Part shown: piece by piece, positions 8,243-17,572 of the stretch
Layout: every line of letters begins with the position of its first letter
Numbering within the stretch: the stretch's first letter is position 1
Program-made: the position numbers and the translations under genes
Notes under the pieces: model-generated
Databases searched by the model: none
Told to the model about the DNA's origin: nothing
The model's input: the letters and a program-made list of their open reading frames with translations, nothing else
Assembly (NCBI GenBank): GCA_016839815.1
Contig: JAEOTM010000119.1
Coordinates: 1-25,084 of the forward strand
Length of the DNA stretch: 25,084 nt
Source: Candidatus Hodarchaeota archaeon
GTDB lineage: Archaea; Asgardarchaeota; Heimdallarchaeia; Hodarchaeales; Hodarchaeaceae
Direction of reading: 5' to 3'

Positions 8243-9595
8243 TCAGTGACCTAGAAATTCTTTTGCTAGATTGTAATACGCTATTAAAGAGTATTCTACG
8301 GTCTTTAAGCTGACACGTTCATTTGGACCATGTGGTAGGGTCGCCATTGTATTAATGGGAGTGTCAGGATCAAAAAGAGAAAATCCATAGGCTTGTGTTC
8401 CCTGTTCTCGCAAGTATCGTAAATCAGTTGCCCCGGCCATTACTAGGGGAACAAATTGTACCTCTGGATACACTTCTGCGACCGCTTTAACCATATAAGG
8501 GACGATTTCTGATTGGGGGTCACTTGCCGTTCCCTCTGAAGTGAAGAATCCTGGTTGATCTGGGGGATGTTCAATGATCGCTTCAGCTCCAAGGTTTCCC
8601 ATCGCTTTCCTTAATTGTGCCGCAATATACTGATCATCTTGGTTGGGAAGGGTTCGTATGTCTACATCAAGATATGCTTCACCAGCGACAATATTAGTTT
8701 TTGTCCCACCATGGAAGATATTAGGAGATATAGTCATACGTGATAAGGCATGCAATAAACGGGCCATAACAGGATTTTGTCTGTGGGACATTTTTAGAAC
8801 GAGTGGAAGGAATATTCGATGACTTAGCAATAATTGGGTTACTTTATTTAAACCAAGGCCTTTAGCCATGAGTTTGATGTAATCGAGATTGACTGGAGGG
8901 GTATATTTACTTAAACGGTCAGCAGCAATAGCAGCTTTGACAACAGCGTTGTCACTCTTGTAAGGCATTGAACCGTGAGTTGGAGTTCCTTTAAATGATA
9001 TTCGTTTCCATCCTGCTCCTTTTTCTCCAGTTCCAAGTAGTAACCGTCCGGGAGCAATAGGAATTCCACCCGCTTCGCCTACTGCGTAATCCACTTTCAT
9101 AAAATCTGGATGGTTTTTCATTAACCATTCTGTACCGTAAATGCCCCCTGCTTCTTCATCCGCGACGAGACAGAGTTTAAGATCTCCTTTCGGTTTAAAA
9201 CCTTCCTCGAATAATCTTACAAATGCTTGAACTTGTGTTGCAACAATGAAGAGCATATCAAGGGTACCCCTTCCCCAAATTTGCTCATCTTTTATAACAC
9301 CACTAAATGGATCGACTTCCCATGCAGATTCATTCCCGATAGGTACAACATCAACATGTGATGGACCAAACATAAGTGAAGGGCCAGATCCGTCACCATT
9401 AATCTCAGCTATTAGATTTGCTCTTTCAGGTGCTGATGTTTGAACCACTTGACACGGAATATTATGTTGGGTAAGATGGTTTTTAATTGTACTTATTGAT
9501 TTTACTTCAGTACCTGGGGGGTTTATACATTTGTTCTGAACTAGTGTAATCAATAGTTCAATAACCTCATCCGCATGTGTAGATTTTGATACCAT
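8243..9595 (-). CDS. M20/M25/M40 family metallopeptidase/amidohydrolase (ArgE/DapE/ACY1-like)
   Basis: The metal-binding motifs are intact: SHVDVVP, IWGRGTLDM, ADEEAGG, GEAGG, HGS, GATD and HGPNERV. Confidence 0.92.
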   Translation of the reverse strand: MVSKSTHADEVIELLITLVQNKCINPPGTEVKSISTIKNHLTQHNIPCQVVQTSAPERANLIAEINGDGSGPSLMFGPSHVDVVPIGNESAWEVDPFSGVIKDEQIWGRGTLDMLFIVATQVQAFVRLFEEGFKPKGDLKLCLVADEEAGGIYGTEWLMKNHPDFMKVDYAVGEAGGIPIAPGRLLLGTGEKGAGWKRISFKGTPTHGSMPYKSDNAVVKAAIAADRLSKYTPPVNLDYIKLMAKGLGLNKVTQLLLSHRIFLPLVLKMSHRQNPVMARLLHALSRMTISPNIFHGGTKTNIVAGEAYLDVDIRTLPNQDDQYIAAQLRKAMGNLGAEAIIEHPPDQPGFFTSEGTASDPQSEIVPYMVKAVAEVYPEVQFVPLVMAGATDLRYLREQGTQAYGFSLFDPDTPINTMATLPHGPNERVSLKTVEYSLIAYYNLAKEFLGH

Positions 9596-9727
9596 AAATG
9601 TTCCTTCTATTAAATGAGTAAGTTAAGCTGGTAGAACTCGTTATTCTCTATCTCGTCTAAAATAGGTTTAAATTTAATAAATTCTACTAAGAATTCAGTG
9701 GATATTGATTAGTATAGATGATTCAGA

Positions 9728-10462
9728 TTATCTCCTTTTACTCTTGAAAACGTGATAGACCATAACTGATCCCAATAATAGGTTGTAATTTGTGACTCTA
9801 TTCCATTTTGACCTTTTCAATAGGTTTAAAGTCTTACTTGGAGTGATAAATTGTTCAACTGATGTAAAATAGTAATCATATGCTTGGATATTTGATGAAA
9901 ATATTGAGGCTAGCTTGGGTACTATCTTTTTAAAATAAAAAGAAAGTAAGCGATTTATTTTTGGATTCTGGGGCAAGAGTGACTCAACAATGATTAAATG
10001 ACCTGTTGGTTTTGTAACTCTATAGATCTCTTTTAAGACCCACAAGGGATTCTGTACATTTCTGAGACCATATACGATAGCACAGACCTCAAAAGCTTCA
10101 TTTGAGAATGGTAAATGACTGATATCCGAGTTAATAAATGTAATATTTCTATTTTTGTACTTTAACCGCAAGATCTTTTGACGATAATGAGCGATAGATA
10201 ACATTCCCTTTGAAAAATCGCAACCAATGGTCAAAGGGTTTGAATTTAGATTAAAATTTAGAAGAAAAGAGAAATCCCCAGTTCCAGATGCTAAATCTAG
10301 AACTCGATTGATTTTTTTATTTTTTAACAGCTTCACTGCAAAATTACGAGTATAGCGATGAGTAAATCCAGTCATAATATCGTTCATTAAATCATATCGT
10401 GGAGCTAATGAGGAAAACATGTTTGAAATTACTTTAGCTGATTTATCGAGTTTCTGAGTCAT
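9728..10462 (-). CDS. ubiE: Demethylmenaquinone/ubiquinone C-methyltransferase (MenG/UbiE family)
   Basis: It contains MFSSLAPRYDLMNDIMT, the SAM motif VLDLASGTGD, DFSKGML, YGLRNV and AYDY. ATG 10462 is preferred over TTG 10471. Confidence 0.82.
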   Translation of the reverse strand: MTQKLDKSAKVISNMFSSLAPRYDLMNDIMTGFTHRYTRNFAVKLLKNKKINRVLDLASGTGDFSFLLNFNLNSNPLTIGCDFSKGMLSIAHYRQKILRLKYKNRNITFINSDISHLPFSNEAFEVCAIVYGLRNVQNPLWVLKEIYRVTKPTGHLIIVESLLPQNPKINRLLSFYFKKIVPKLASIFSSNIQAYDYYFTSVEQFITPSKTLNLLKRSKWNRVTNYNLLLGSVMVYHVFKSKRR

Positions 10463-10569
10463 TGTCCTCAAGTTTTATTTGTCCACAAACGAAAAGATGC
10501 TAGAAAAAGAAAGAGATTGTGAAAGTAATATTGTTTGTGATTACTTTCAGTGTTTTGATCATGGTTGAT

Positions 10570-13500
10570 TTATTCTTGGAATATCTTCGTGATGTCTTCA
10601 GAATTTATACTTTCGGAGGTACCTAGTATTAGGAAGAAGGTACATTTATCTAATTTCCCAGGTTCCAGATACCAAAACTTTGCAACTCCTCCTCCAAGAA
10701 TCATTTTTCCAGCATCAAGAGGGAATAAGCTCGAATCTGAATCAGGCGCTATCACAGACAATTTCTTTCCATCCTTTATATAATCCAATCTTGAGAGACT
10801 ATTTGTTCCCAACGCAAAAATTGGGAGAGGATTATCGCGAGTGAACGAATGATTCAGTGGTGAATCATCTACAGAAATATGCGAGGTTATATCCTCAATG
10901 GATCCGCCAATGGCAGGATTCAATAGACTTAAGGACAAAAATTTAAATGATGCAGTTGTAGGATTCGAAACTGACAAGTTAACTTTAACAATATTTGAAT
11001 CACCGCTTAGTATCTCGAAAGAAGTTTTGAAAATTAAGCCTTTCAACGTTTTTCGTTTAGCTATATTGACTGTGTACTCTACTCCATACCAGGGGTTGTT
11101 ACTAATTTCTGATTCTTGGAATTTTTCTTTGAAAAACTTTAGATCACTAAGATCGTCGTTTTCACCAAGTAATATTGTCATTAATCCTGCAGGATCCTGA
11201 TTAAAAAATAAAGAGGGGACCATTGTAGGAAAATTAGAATGTAAATATTCTGTTCCTTCGTATTTAATTGAAGTCAATGTACCAACAAAATCTTTAGAAC
11301 TTTTGATTTCAAACGAGTCAGTTTGAGTGCTTGTGAGATTTTTTCCTTCAATAGGGTTTAAAGCAGTAATTTTTGGTTTTACAGAATTATTAAAAACGAG
11401 TACTGACAGTTTTTTAGAGATTTCACCAGTAGGAGAGTTGAGCTTTACAACTATTGTATTTGTGTACGATTTAGTAACTTCAGGAACTTGGATCTGGAAT
11501 GAAAATACCTTTGGTTGACTCAAATTTAAATCAGAAAATTCTAGATTTTCAGGTATACATACCCACCCCTCAGGAAGATCGAATGATATTTTTCCCGAAA
11601 GAGGGAGAAAGCGAGTTGAAGTCACTTTAAATTTTAGAACATTAACTCTATTCCCGAATAATAGGTCTTCTTTTGGAATAGCGAAATCAAGGTAAGGTTT
11701 TGGTGGGATAAACTTTTTTGAAATATCCAGAATAGATTTCTTTGATAAATAATAAGCCATTTCTCTAATATCAGACCATTTCTCTTTTATACTGCATCCT
11801 AGCCAACTCTTTGACGTTGAAGTTGTAGATAAACTTGGGATTGTGACTGATTTCTCTAAAGTTGTTAAGGGTCCTCTACTTGGATTCGCTAAAGTGTTTT
11901 CTGTCTGATAGATATGATAATATGCAACATCTCCAGCTTGGACGCTTACCCAAGGTTCATATCGTTCGGTTCCCTCAGGAAGATCTCCTTCACGAATAGG
12001 CCAAAGGTAATTAGGTCCATTAACAAGTTCGTTTTCAAACACAAGAAATCTATTACCCATAGGCATATTTATACCCCCTGAGTACGAAGGTTGTACTAGA
12101 ATGGTGACTTGATCTTCAATCGTTCCTAGGTTCTGGATTTCTTCCCAAACGGCTAGATGAGTATCACCTGGTCTGAGTTCAAAATACCTGGAAAAGACAA
12201 GATTTTCTTTTGAGCGACTTGTTTTGGAGAGTTTAACTCGGATAGACTGTGGTGACTGAAGAATTTCAGGTTCAAATTTCACTTGATTGAATTCACTAAA
12301 CCCAAAAGGAGGACCAAAATCAAGAATATTCACACTTACTCCCATAGCTGAATCTTCTGTCGATTTTAAACTTGCACGAGCCCCTTCAAGATGAATAGTA
12401 GATTGAATATATTGGTTCTGCAGAATTACTCGTTTTTTGTCTTTTTGAATTCTAGCAGCAAGACCAGGAGAGTTGGAAATGAATATAGGTACCTCAAATT
12501 CTCGACTTTTAGATTTCTCCATTTTAACTTGACAGAAAAGAGTGATAGCTAAGTCTTCCTCTGCTTCTGGAACTTCAAGATTTACACGCAGACCAATATA
12601 ACTTTCGGGTTCTATAGTTATATGATTAACAGGATTAAGAATCTTTACTTCGGAATCAGTCCTAATAATTAACTCTCCTTGAATAGGAATCGATGTTCTG
12701 TTATTAATGTTCAAACCAATAGTTTGCTTACCTGAAGGGATCCAACGATTCATATCCGATGCAGTAATATCAACAGGCTGTTTAGCTCTTACGCCTGATT
12801 CCAAGATTAAATTATTTCCATTCAAGAACACTTTTGCTTTAATACTTGGTGTTTTTCGATATATACTTGAATCTATGGTCGTATCAATGACTTTATACGA
12901 ATTCTCTATACTCACACTCCCAACTTGAATATCTTGACTCATTTCAGTCTTCTGGGGGGTGATTTCACGTGAAGGTTCAAATTCTACATTTAGAGAGAAC
13001 TCTTTACTTGTCTTATTGTCAACCTTGAGAGAAAATGGGTGTTCTACACCAGTAAATACATCATGTTTCTCATATTGGAGAACAAGACTCAGTTCTTCCC
13101 CATCCAAACATCGGGTAATACCCATTATGGAGCGACTATACCTGTCAATCATTACTTTCAAATAATCTCCGTTATTCTCAAAATGGTAATTGAATACTTT
13201 CATTTTCCCAAAAGAATTATCATCAGGTGCTTGGGAGAACTCCCGTATTTGGTCTAAATACCAATCAGGATGCTTATCAAAATATAGCTTGCAAAAACTA
13301 TCTTGTAAAATCCCTGGGATGTAATTTTGCATATATACGGAGGTGTCTGGAACCCATTGGAGGCCTATCTTCTTATACAGTGGAACTGCTTTCATATTTG
13401 AAGCCCAAGTGTGTAAATCTTGCCGTAAATCACCATTAGTCACACTGAACTCTAAGGCAGTTAAAAGGAGATGTTTTCCATATTTTTTAGATAAGACATC

Positions 13501-13803
13501 TGGGTGAGCTCCAAGAATTCCAATATACGAAACATTGGGTTCTTCCATCCGTTTATGAACTGAACAGAATCCAACGATTCTATTCGTTGGGTCGAACGCT
13601 ACATAAGTTTTCAGAGCTTTTCTCTTACTGATAAACTCTCGTGCTCGTTTTTCGTCAAATTTAATGCCCTGGGTAAAAGTTCCTGGCCATAAATCGTCAA
13701 TTTCATTAAAAAAAGTAGCTAATTTTAGAGCGTCAGTCTCTAAATTAATAGGTTGAACTTTTCCCTCGAATTGATCTCCTCTAACTATTTTTTGGATATC
13801 CAT
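10570..13803 (-). CDS. Large GNAT-family N-acetyltransferase with an extended beta-rich C-terminal region
   Basis: The N-terminal ~160 aa are a GNAT fold (IVGFCSV; ILGAHPDVLSKKYGKHLL; LHTWASNMKAVPLYKKIG). About 900 aa of predicted beta-sandwich domains follow. The RBS is AAGGTGG. Confidence 0.8.
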   Translation of the reverse strand: MDIQKIVRGDQFEGKVQPINLETDALKLATFFNEIDDLWPGTFTQGIKFDEKRAREFISKRKALKTYVAFDPTNRIVGFCSVHKRMEEPNVSYIGILGAHPDVLSKKYGKHLLLTALEFSVTNGDLRQDLHTWASNMKAVPLYKKIGLQWVPDTSVYMQNYIPGILQDSFCKLYFDKHPDWYLDQIREFSQAPDDNSFGKMKVFNYHFENNGDYLKVMIDRYSRSIMGITRCLDGEELSLVLQYEKHDVFTGVEHPFSLKVDNKTSKEFSLNVEFEPSREITPQKTEMSQDIQVGSVSIENSYKVIDTTIDSSIYRKTPSIKAKVFLNGNNLILESGVRAKQPVDITASDMNRWIPSGKQTIGLNINNRTSIPIQGELIIRTDSEVKILNPVNHITIEPESYIGLRVNLEVPEAEEDLAITLFCQVKMEKSKSREFEVPIFISNSPGLAARIQKDKKRVILQNQYIQSTIHLEGARASLKSTEDSAMGVSVNILDFGPPFGFSEFNQVKFEPEILQSPQSIRVKLSKTSRSKENLVFSRYFELRPGDTHLAVWEEIQNLGTIEDQVTILVQPSYSGGINMPMGNRFLVFENELVNGPNYLWPIREGDLPEGTERYEPWVSVQAGDVAYYHIYQTENTLANPSRGPLTTLEKSVTIPSLSTTSTSKSWLGCSIKEKWSDIREMAYYLSKKSILDISKKFIPPKPYLDFAIPKEDLLFGNRVNVLKFKVTSTRFLPLSGKISFDLPEGWVCIPENLEFSDLNLSQPKVFSFQIQVPEVTKSYTNTIVVKLNSPTGEISKKLSVLVFNNSVKPKITALNPIEGKNLTSTQTDSFEIKSSKDFVGTLTSIKYEGTEYLHSNFPTMVPSLFFNQDPAGLMTILLGENDDLSDLKFFKEKFQESEISNNPWYGVEYTVNIAKRKTLKGLIFKTSFEILSGDSNIVKVNLSVSNPTTASFKFLSLSLLNPAIGGSIEDITSHISVDDSPLNHSFTRDNPLPIFALGTNSLSRLDYIKDGKKLSVIAPDSDSSLFPLDAGKMILGGGVAKFWYLEPGKLDKCTFFLILGTSESINSEDITKIFQE

Positions 13804-13956
13804 ACAACCACCTTAAGAAAAATGTATGAGAATTACAAATTGATTGTAAGAAAAAGCCTTTGACTTAAAAACGCAATTTTATCGGCAATAAGTATAATTT
13901 CACTGGTAATAATAATTAGTTTAAATGATAATTTTGTGTTAATAAGGCGAATGAAG

Positions 13957-15942
13957 ATGTCTGAACAAGATAATAAAGTAAGCATATTAAAAGATCATCT
14001 TACAAAGCTAGAAAGTGAGGGTGGTCAATTTGAAAATCGTATGAAGGACTTTCTACAAGATCTTAAGAAACAAGCTATTTCTACCACTCAGGGTATTGAA
14101 CGTGGAAAAACTGACATATTGAGTCAGATCTCAACTGTCACTACAACCATTAGTGACCTAACAACAAGTCTGAATGATCTCAAAGATGATATTGAATCAG
14201 AAAAAGGAAATTTTGGTTCGCAGATGGAGAAATTACTTGGTCAACTTCAGAAAAACACTTCTTCACTTGAAAAACAACTAAAATCTCTGACAAATAAACA
14301 GGAACAAGAGATTTCTGAAATATATAGCCAAATGGCGGGGAAAGTGAATACAGGATTGAGTGAAATTTACTCTTATCAATATAAACAAATTAAAGAATTT
14401 CAAGATCAAATTTCTAATAAATTAGCTGCTATCCAAAAAGATTTTATTGGTACCGTTGAGAGAGAAAACGCAAATCTTGGTGAAATGTCAGAAGGTATCG
14501 CTGCTTCATTTTTAGAATCATTGGACGATTTCAATAGCCGTATGACACAAATTGGAAATGCAAAAGAGAACGAATTGGATAATGTTTTTACGAATGTAAT
14601 GCGTCAATCAGTTTCTCGTTTAGAAATTGCCAAAGAAGATTTGCTAGCTGGAATTGATGGTCTTAAAGCACGTTTAGATGATAACTTAGTCAAACAGAAA
14701 GAATTACTCAATGAGTCACAGCAAAGAGTAGTTTCCATAATTGATGAAGAAAAGGAAGGAGTTAAAACAAAAATTGAAAAGGGAGTTGATGGATACTTTA
14801 CTGAATGGCAAAAGTATCAAGAAGAACAAAAACAATCCATTGTAAATATAAAGGACAATGTATTAGAATCCTTCCTCTCTGCACTAAAAACAAATGAAGA
14901 ATTACAATCTAACGTTACAAAAGATTTTGAAAACTCACTAAAAACGGGTTTTCGTCAACTAGAGGAACAAATCATATCTTCACTCTCCCGTGTTTCATCT
15001 GATTACACTAAAAAGCGACAAAGGACTTCTGAGACATTAATTAAAGCTTTTGAAAGTTGGTATGCCAATATAGATAGTTCTCTTAGCCAATTTGGGGTAA
15101 AAACGAAATCTAAGTTACAAGACACTACTTCAACCCTTAATGGGTCTATCATGGATTTTTTTGACCAATCGCAAAAAGGAATGAAAGATGTCTTAGTGAA
15201 GCATGAAAAAACACTTGGTGATCTACAAGAAGGGATAAGTCAGCAATTCAAAGAAATTCAATCTGGTCAAGAAAAAAATATTGAGATTACATTAACAGAT
15301 GTACGTCAGAATTTAAAAACAAAACAAAGTGAAATTTTAACAACCATTTCATCGATAGCTCCTTCTGCTGAGACTACAGTAGAAGCGAATAAGGAAGTTA
15401 TAAAAACAAAGAATTCTGAATTTAAAAGAACCAGTACGTCTGTATTTGATGATCTAAGGAAACAAATTCGTACAATAGAGCAAGATGGACTTGTTACACT
15501 ACAAAATATTGCCTCCACAACCAATGATAAGCTTGATGAAGCCGTCAAAGAGAGTGAAGAATCATCCAAAGCTTTAGTTGAAGGGTTAGAGGTAGAGCAT
15601 AAGAATTCTCTAATTCAATATAAGACCGAAACTTCACAGAAACTAAGTGATCACCAGGATACTTTAGATAAATTTAGTTCCTCATTACAGGGTAGATTTT
15701 CGGACTTTTTTACTGAAGTTCAGAAGACTTCCAACCAATTTATTGAGAAAACAAGAGATGAACGAGAATACTTTGATGAACAAAGAAGGAAAATGGATGT
15801 GAAGTTTGAGGAGGTTCAATCTAGTCTTGATTCCTCGATTGATTCATTGAAGAATTCTGTTTCAACTAATTCAGATAATGTAAAAACTTCGTTGAAACAA
15901 GTAACCACTGCAACCAAAAGTATCATTAAAGAGATGCGATAA
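13957..15942 (+). CDS. Long all-alpha hendecad-type coiled-coil / apolipoprotein-like protein of unknown function
   Basis: It is about 660 aa, rich in E/K/Q/S/L, with a single Pro and no TM or NTPase motif. Hydrophobic spacing is 3-4-4. The start is uncertain (13936, 13951 or 13957). Confidence 0.8.
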   Translation: MSEQDNKVSILKDHLTKLESEGGQFENRMKDFLQDLKKQAISTTQGIERGKTDILSQISTVTTTISDLTTSLNDLKDDIESEKGNFGSQMEKLLGQLQKNTSSLEKQLKSLTNKQEQEISEIYSQMAGKVNTGLSEIYSYQYKQIKEFQDQISNKLAAIQKDFIGTVERENANLGEMSEGIAASFLESLDDFNSRMTQIGNAKENELDNVFTNVMRQSVSRLEIAKEDLLAGIDGLKARLDDNLVKQKELLNESQQRVVSIIDEEKEGVKTKIEKGVDGYFTEWQKYQEEQKQSIVNIKDNVLESFLSALKTNEELQSNVTKDFENSLKTGFRQLEEQIISSLSRVSSDYTKKRQRTSETLIKAFESWYANIDSSLSQFGVKTKSKLQDTTSTLNGSIMDFFDQSQKGMKDVLVKHEKTLGDLQEGISQQFKEIQSGQEKNIEITLTDVRQNLKTKQSEILTTISSIAPSAETTVEANKEVIKTKNSEFKRTSTSVFDDLRKQIRTIEQDGLVTLQNIASTTNDKLDEAVKESEESSKALVEGLEVEHKNSLIQYKTETSQKLSDHQDTLDKFSSSLQGRFSDFFTEVQKTSNQFIEKTRDEREYFDEQRRKMDVKFEEVQSSLDSSIDSLKNSVSTNSDNVKTSLKQVTTATKSIIKEMR

Positions 15943-15985
15943 AAAAATATCTACTTTCTTTACAGGAACAGTGAGTAGTTGAAAG

Positions 15986-16498
15986 ATGAGTTATCCCAAA
16001 TCATTTGCCTGTCACTTCATCGGAGTCGGGGGTGTAGTAATTCACAATTCTCATGTATTACTTGTAAAATTAACATATGGGCCTGCAAAAGGGAAATGGT
16101 TAATCCCAGGCGGATTAGTTGACCCTGGTGAACTTTTACAGGAAGCTGTAGTAAGGGAAATACATGAAGAAACAGGTATCTCTGTTCAACCCACAGGTAT
16201 TATTGGATTAAGAAGTATGGTTAGAATTCGAGACCATTTAACAGATCTTTATTGTGTTTTTGTTTGTCAGGTAACTTCGGATGAGCAAAAAATCGTTCAG
16301 GAAGATGAGGAGGTAGCTGATGCACGGTGGATGCCATTATCAGATCTAGATTCTGAACCTCTTGTTACTGAATATACAAAAAAAGTTATTCTCCAAGCCC
16401 AGGGTTCACCTATGGTATATGATACTCTGTGGAGTGAAGATGCCATTAAACGTCCTACATTGGAAAAATATGAACACTTCTGGGTACAGAAGGAATAA
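15986..16498 (+). CDS. Nudix hydrolase (ADP-ribose pyrophosphatase/NUDT6-like)
   Basis: The Nudix box GLVDPGELLQEAVVREIHEETGI is intact. IGVGGVV and DARWMP motifs are also present. Confidence 0.9.
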   Translation: MSYPKSFACHFIGVGGVVIHNSHVLLVKLTYGPAKGKWLIPGGLVDPGELLQEAVVREIHEETGISVQPTGIIGLRSMVRIRDHLTDLYCVFVCQVTSDEQKIVQEDEEVADARWMPLSDLDSEPLVTEYTKKVILQAQGSPMVYDTLWSEDAIKRPTLEKYEHFWVQKE

Positions 16499-16513
16499 TC
16501 GGATAAAAAACTC

Positions 16514-17530
16514 TTACTCTGCTGTTGAAAGAATATTAAGTATCGCCATGAGTAAGAATACCCCTCCCAAAAAATACCAGATGGTTATTGGTTCTGATAA
16601 GAAGATATAACCGAGAAATATTGCTGCAATTGGTTCACCCAGCCCTAAGATCGATTGAATAGATGATTCGACTTCAAACTTATTCGCAATCATCAATAAT
16701 CCATAGGGTAAGATACTTCCTAATATTGCGAAAAGGGCTCCAAAAATTAGATTATTTACCTTTATTACGTTTTGAAAGTCAAAAGCGAAGCGAACGGATT
16801 CGAATGGGAATATGAAGAGTAGGATAATAACTATCATTCCCCAAATGAATCCCCATACTAACACCCAAAATATTGAGAGAGATGGGGGAATTTTTTTGCG
16901 AATTTTAACACTTGATGCACCAATCACTAGATATACAGCATAAAGTGTGCCATTCAGTGTAGCAAGGAGATCTCCTAGTAATGAGGAGAGGAATCGTTCC
17001 CCTTCCCAGGGTCGTGTTAATAATAATAAACCAGTAATACCTAGAACTATTGATGAGATTTTTCGTCTATTAACCACTTCATTAAGAAAGATAGCACCAA
17101 GGATAAGTGTCACAAGGGGATGAATTTGAATAAGAAGTGAGGCCTCACCCACAGGAGTATCAAGTACAATTGACCAGATATATACTACAATAGCTATCGT
17201 AAAGAAGAAACCTTGCCATACATATGTTGCTTGAACAGTTTTATTGATAGCTTGGGAAAATACCTCCTTTTTCCACAAAAAAAATCCTAGAATACCGAAT
17301 ATGCCCATTATCCCTCCCAGAGAAAGTCTTAGAAATAGTTGTTCTAAAACTGAGACATTTGCATCTCGTAAAAGAGCTATGATAATTGGAATGAACCCAA
17401 ATGAAAGACCTGCCACCAATGACACTGAATAACCAATGACTGTATTTTTCTGCCTCACTACAAATCCAACTGTGGTTGATGTGTGTTTTATGAGGCAAAT
17501 TTCTTGTGTATTAATAAACACAAAGAACAA
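16514..17530 (-). CDS. DMT/EamA family transporter
   Basis: It has about 10 TM helices, with HPLVTLILGAIFLNE and EPIAAIFLGYIFLSEPIT motifs. The true start may be GTG 17458. Confidence 0.88.
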   Translation of the reverse strand: MFFVFINTQEICLIKHTSTTVGFVVRQKNTVIGYSVSLVAGLSFGFIPIIIALLRDANVSVLEQLFLRLSLGGIMGIFGILGFFLWKKEVFSQAINKTVQATYVWQGFFFTIAIVVYIWSIVLDTPVGEASLLIQIHPLVTLILGAIFLNEVVNRRKISSIVLGITGLLLLTRPWEGERFLSSLLGDLLATLNGTLYAVYLVIGASSVKIRKKIPPSLSIFWVLVWGFIWGMIVIILLFIFPFESVRFAFDFQNVIKVNNLIFGALFAILGSILPYGLLMIANKFEVESSIQSILGLGEPIAAIFLGYIFLSEPITIWYFLGGVFLLMAILNILSTAE

Positions 17531-17572
17531 TCAAAGAGTACTAATACAGTGTAAAGGAGAAGCAATATTAAG

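Noticed and set aside
13936-15942. Possible SMC/Rad50 or methyl-accepting chemotaxis protein
   Set aside because: It has no Walker A/B, signature motif, hinge or zinc hook, no MCP hairpin motif and no TM helices.
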